A DNA stretch of 64,000 nucleotides from Phaeosaccion multiseriatum. Its lineage: Eukaryota; Protista; Ochrophyta, other classes. The DNA is taken from positions 868,001 through 932,000 of the forward strand of contig OZ218951.1 in the NCBI GenBank assembly GCA_965112735.1, given 5' to 3'. Position 1 is the first letter of the stretch; every line of letters starts with the position of its first letter. The position numbers and the translations under genes were made by a program. The notes under the pieces were generated by a model that was given only the letters and a program-made list of their open reading frames with translations, had not been told where the DNA came from and did no database searches. This document shows positions 60,852-64,000 of the stretch, piece by piece.

Positions 60852-63800
60852 ATGTGGAGTGCAGGGAGCATGGTGGCGTTTGCCATGGTGTCGTGGGCGG
60901 CTCTCGTACTCCTTGCGCCGAATGGTTAGTGGCATTATTAAAGGAGGAGCTTATAGAAGGGCGCCAGGCAAGAACAAAGAGGGGAAGGAGGCTTGCTTGC
61001 GCGCTCCTACTCGCTGTGGCCTCCCGGTGCCCCAAACTAATTGCAGACTAGCGCCCTTCGTGGAGGCTTTGACCTTGCTCGAACAAGTCCGTCTGTCCGT
61101 GTCCTTCTCCTCGCCATCCCTTCCGACTCTCCCCTTCCCACTTCCACCCTACCTCCCGAGTGAAATACTGGGTGGTGCGGCGGGGGCTCTGACGTTGTGG
61201 CCGAGCGTTGCTTCTGCTCAACCTTTCTGACTGGTGCCGTCCCTCGTCCCTGCCTTGTCCCACCCCTCCCCCGCAGTGAATGGTGAAGCTGTGGCCAACA
61301 TTCCAGAGCCCAACATTCGTGGTGGGTGCACCCCAAGGTGTGCCAACACTGCCGATGTGGGCCAGTACAGATGTGACTTTGATACCCAGGGCGGCAACAG
61401 GCTTTGCAACACATTCGAGCTCTCGGGTAAGCCCATCCTCTCCCTCCCCTTTTGCCCTTTTTTGTTGCGAAACTTACGCCTGTCTGCTGCTTTTGTCACC
61501 TTCTTGCAGACCCAACTGGGGCGCACAACTGCCATTTCCACTACTACACGCAGTCCGAGATCGTCCAGTGCATGGCAGAGAACCGTGAGTGACAATCTCC
61601 CCTCCGTACCAGGCAGAGGCGAGGCAGATCGATGTGATACCTCCACACCTTCCGTGGACGGGTGGAGGGCTCTGATCGTGCAGTCGCTTGCGCCGTCCCC
61701 TCTCTCGCCCTCTCTTCCTTCTCTCCCGCTTGCCTCTTGTCTCATTCGCTGCGGTCCCCAACCCCCCCTCCTTTCTCTCTCTCATCTGAACAGGCCCCGC
61801 CGGATCTGAGGCCCCCTTCACTCTCCTCGTCATGGGCTCCTCCGCCCTCATGGGCACCATATTTGTCGCCGCACCTTGGGTGAGTTGAGTTGTGTTGGGT
61901 TGGGTCTGTTGGGGCTCCAGCTTGCGTGGGTTGGGGGGGGGGCAGAAGCCTAAGTCTATCGCCTACGTCTGTTCCCCAGCCGTTCCCCAGCCTGTTCCAA
62001 AATCGAGGAGACGACGAACTGCGCACCCACCCACCCTTAGCTAAGCGCCCTTTCCCTCCTGCTAACCGGCCCGCCTTTCTTCACTGCCCCTCCTTGCAAC
62101 CCCCACACCCACCCACCTTCCTTGCCTTGTTCGAACAGCTTGACCACCAGACCGCCACGGACTTTGACTATCAGCCCTGGATGTTCCTTCCCGACCAGCC
62201 GCAGAGCAGCCGCAACCCCATGAGCAACTGTGCTCAGCTAGTCATGGGCGTGAGCGAGGGAATGATGGACAAGAAGGTCGCCATCAACTTGTCGCCGGAC
62301 TGCCTTCAGGTGGGTGGGGGGTATATATATATGCGATGTTGTGTGTAGCTAGGGTTGGATTGGGTATGACTCTGAACAGGGAAGCTTTCTTCCCTTCGGG
62401 GGGCGAGGGGGATTGTAGACTAGTTTTTTCTTCTCTCCTACGGATTGTGGATGCTTTGGTGTTGAGACAGGCAGAGTATGGAACAAGCAAAGACTGTGGC
62501 GGAGCCGCAGCGCAGCACAGCACTTCCTTTTTGTGTTGGTAGATCCAAACACAACGCCTTAAGCCCCCCCCCCCACCCCCCCACCCCACCTCCCGCCACA
62601 CAGGTCTACGAGCACAGCTACACCAGTGATGATTCTGATTCTGATGATGCCTCCCCCCTTGGCGACGCCAGCGTCGTGTTCGCATCTGCGGTCTCCCCAG
62701 ACCGGCTGGACGAGCAACTGGACCAGCTCATAGAGGCCGGGCGTCAAAACGACCACGGACACATGGTACTGTATGTGGGCCTCTGGTACACTTTCTGTCT
62801 CGGAGGACAGCAGAACATCTGCGACGAACTCCCCGAGGGGCCTGATCTGCTGTCCATGGTCAACGCACCGCTGTCCCAGCAGGTGGCTTACTTCCGAAAT
62901 AAGTACTCCGCGGTGGTGGAGAGGATTCTCAGTCAGTTCCCGTTCATGGGCATCACCCTCTCTGGGCTAAGGAGGTACTCGGACATCACCAGGGCCTTCG
63001 ATGACGTCATTCAAGAGGTATGATGACATGAGGGGGCTGAGCGGTGCCACCAGTGCCAGGCGGGAAGAGGGGGAAGAGGAGGAGGAGGTGTGGGTTGTAT
63101 AGGTATTCTTCTCTCCCCCCGCCTTCGCCTCTCTCACATGTCCCTGCCATCGCCCCCCGCGTGTTCTTTCGCTCCCTCCCTCCATCCCTACCCGCCTTCC
63201 TTCTCCCTCCCTTCCTCCTCCCACCCTCCCTCCCCCCCTCTCTTCTTCCTTCTCCCCCTTCCTACCCTCCTTCCTCCTCCCTCTCTCCTTCCCTACCCCC
63301 CCTTCTCCTCACTACTCCCTCTCTCCCTCCCTACACTCCTTCCCCCCTCCCTCCTTCCGTCCCTCCCTCTCTACACCTCTTCCTTCTCCCTCCCTCCTTC
63401 CTTCCTTTCTTCCTTCCCTCCCTCCTTCCTACCCTCCCAGCTTGCCAGTAACTCCGGTCTCCACTACCTCAATATGGAGGGCACAGCGGGTGCCGTCCCC
63501 AACCGCCCCGACGATATCCGCCAACACCCCTCTGGTATGGTCAACCACGCCATCTTCCAGCGATACATGTCCGTCATCTGCGAGGGTACCAGCGTGGCAG
63601 TGCCCCAGGAGTGCGAGGAGGAGGTGAGTCAGTCAGGCAGGTAGGAAGGTAGGCAGGTAGGCAGGGCAAGTCATTCGGTCGGTCAGTCAGTCAGTCAGTC
63701 AGTCAGTCAGTCAGTCAGTCAGGGAGGAGTTAGACGGTTAGACGGTTAGTCGGCCCGTCAGTCAGAGTTAGGCAAGTCAGTCAGGTAAGTACGTCAGTGA

Positions 63801-64000
63801 GTCAGTCAGTCAGTCAGTCAGTCAGGCCACCCAATGGTCCTGTGACCGGCCTCGGCCATCTCCTCTGTGGTACACCGTATCTCCTTCTCACCCTCCCTTC
63901 ACTACACGCCCCCTCGCCCACCCACTCTCCCATTCTGCCCCTGTAGGCGGTCGGCTCTCCAGGCTGCCAGCCAGAGACGTACTACAACGCCCCGGACTCC
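60852..64000 (+). CDS. Secreted/membrane SGNH-fold (PC-esterase-like) protein, 3' partial
   Basis: Well-supported exons 61278-61426, 61510-61584, 61794-61879, 62139-62309, 62604-63017, 63441-63623, 63947->64000. The 5' exons (signal-peptide-like MWSAGSMVAFAMVSWAALVLLAP at 60852) could not be phased cleanly. Motifs: CHFHYYTQSEIVQC, LLVMGSS, VLYVGLWY, PDDIRQHP..MVNH.....VIC. Confidence 0.6.

Noticed and set aside
1-64000. tRNA, rRNA or snRNA genes
   Set aside because: None recognisable by eye; a covariance-model scan (tRNAscan-SE/Infernal) would be needed to exclude them.

Overview
Eukaryotic, GC-rich, intron- and microsatellite-rich DNA. A stramenopile-type protist is my best guess, from gene content only. 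Gene models were built by hand from GT/GC-AG sites and phase matching. (1) 1-35632 (+, 5' end outside the window): one giant gene of about 49 exons and at least ~7,200 aa. It encodes a reelin-like subrepeat, IPT/TIG domains, Cys-rich GCC2/GCC3-type repeats, and a protist multi-pass TM module split by a ~3,900-aa insertion, then Tudor/Agenet-like and WD40 regions. (2) An F-box/LRR gene (-), a UBL-PUB-STI1-UIM gene (+) and a PUB-PUB-ZZ gene (-), all adjacent. (3) A 1381-aa RFxV/coiled-coil/polyQ protein. (4) A 7TM-RGS gene. (5) COX6B. (6) A decayed CRE-like (RLE) non-LTR retrotransposon and a two-copy degenerate zinc-finger repeat. (7) An SGNH/PC-esterase-like gene running off the end. The most unusual signal is at DNA level: the 11-mer GTTGGTGATAC (consensus CAGTTGGTGATACAG) occurs 17 times exactly. 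It is on both strands, in introns, and in four different reading frames of three unrelated genes. A second frame-independent motif, GATGGCAG(T/C)(G/A)GATGG, behaves similarly.
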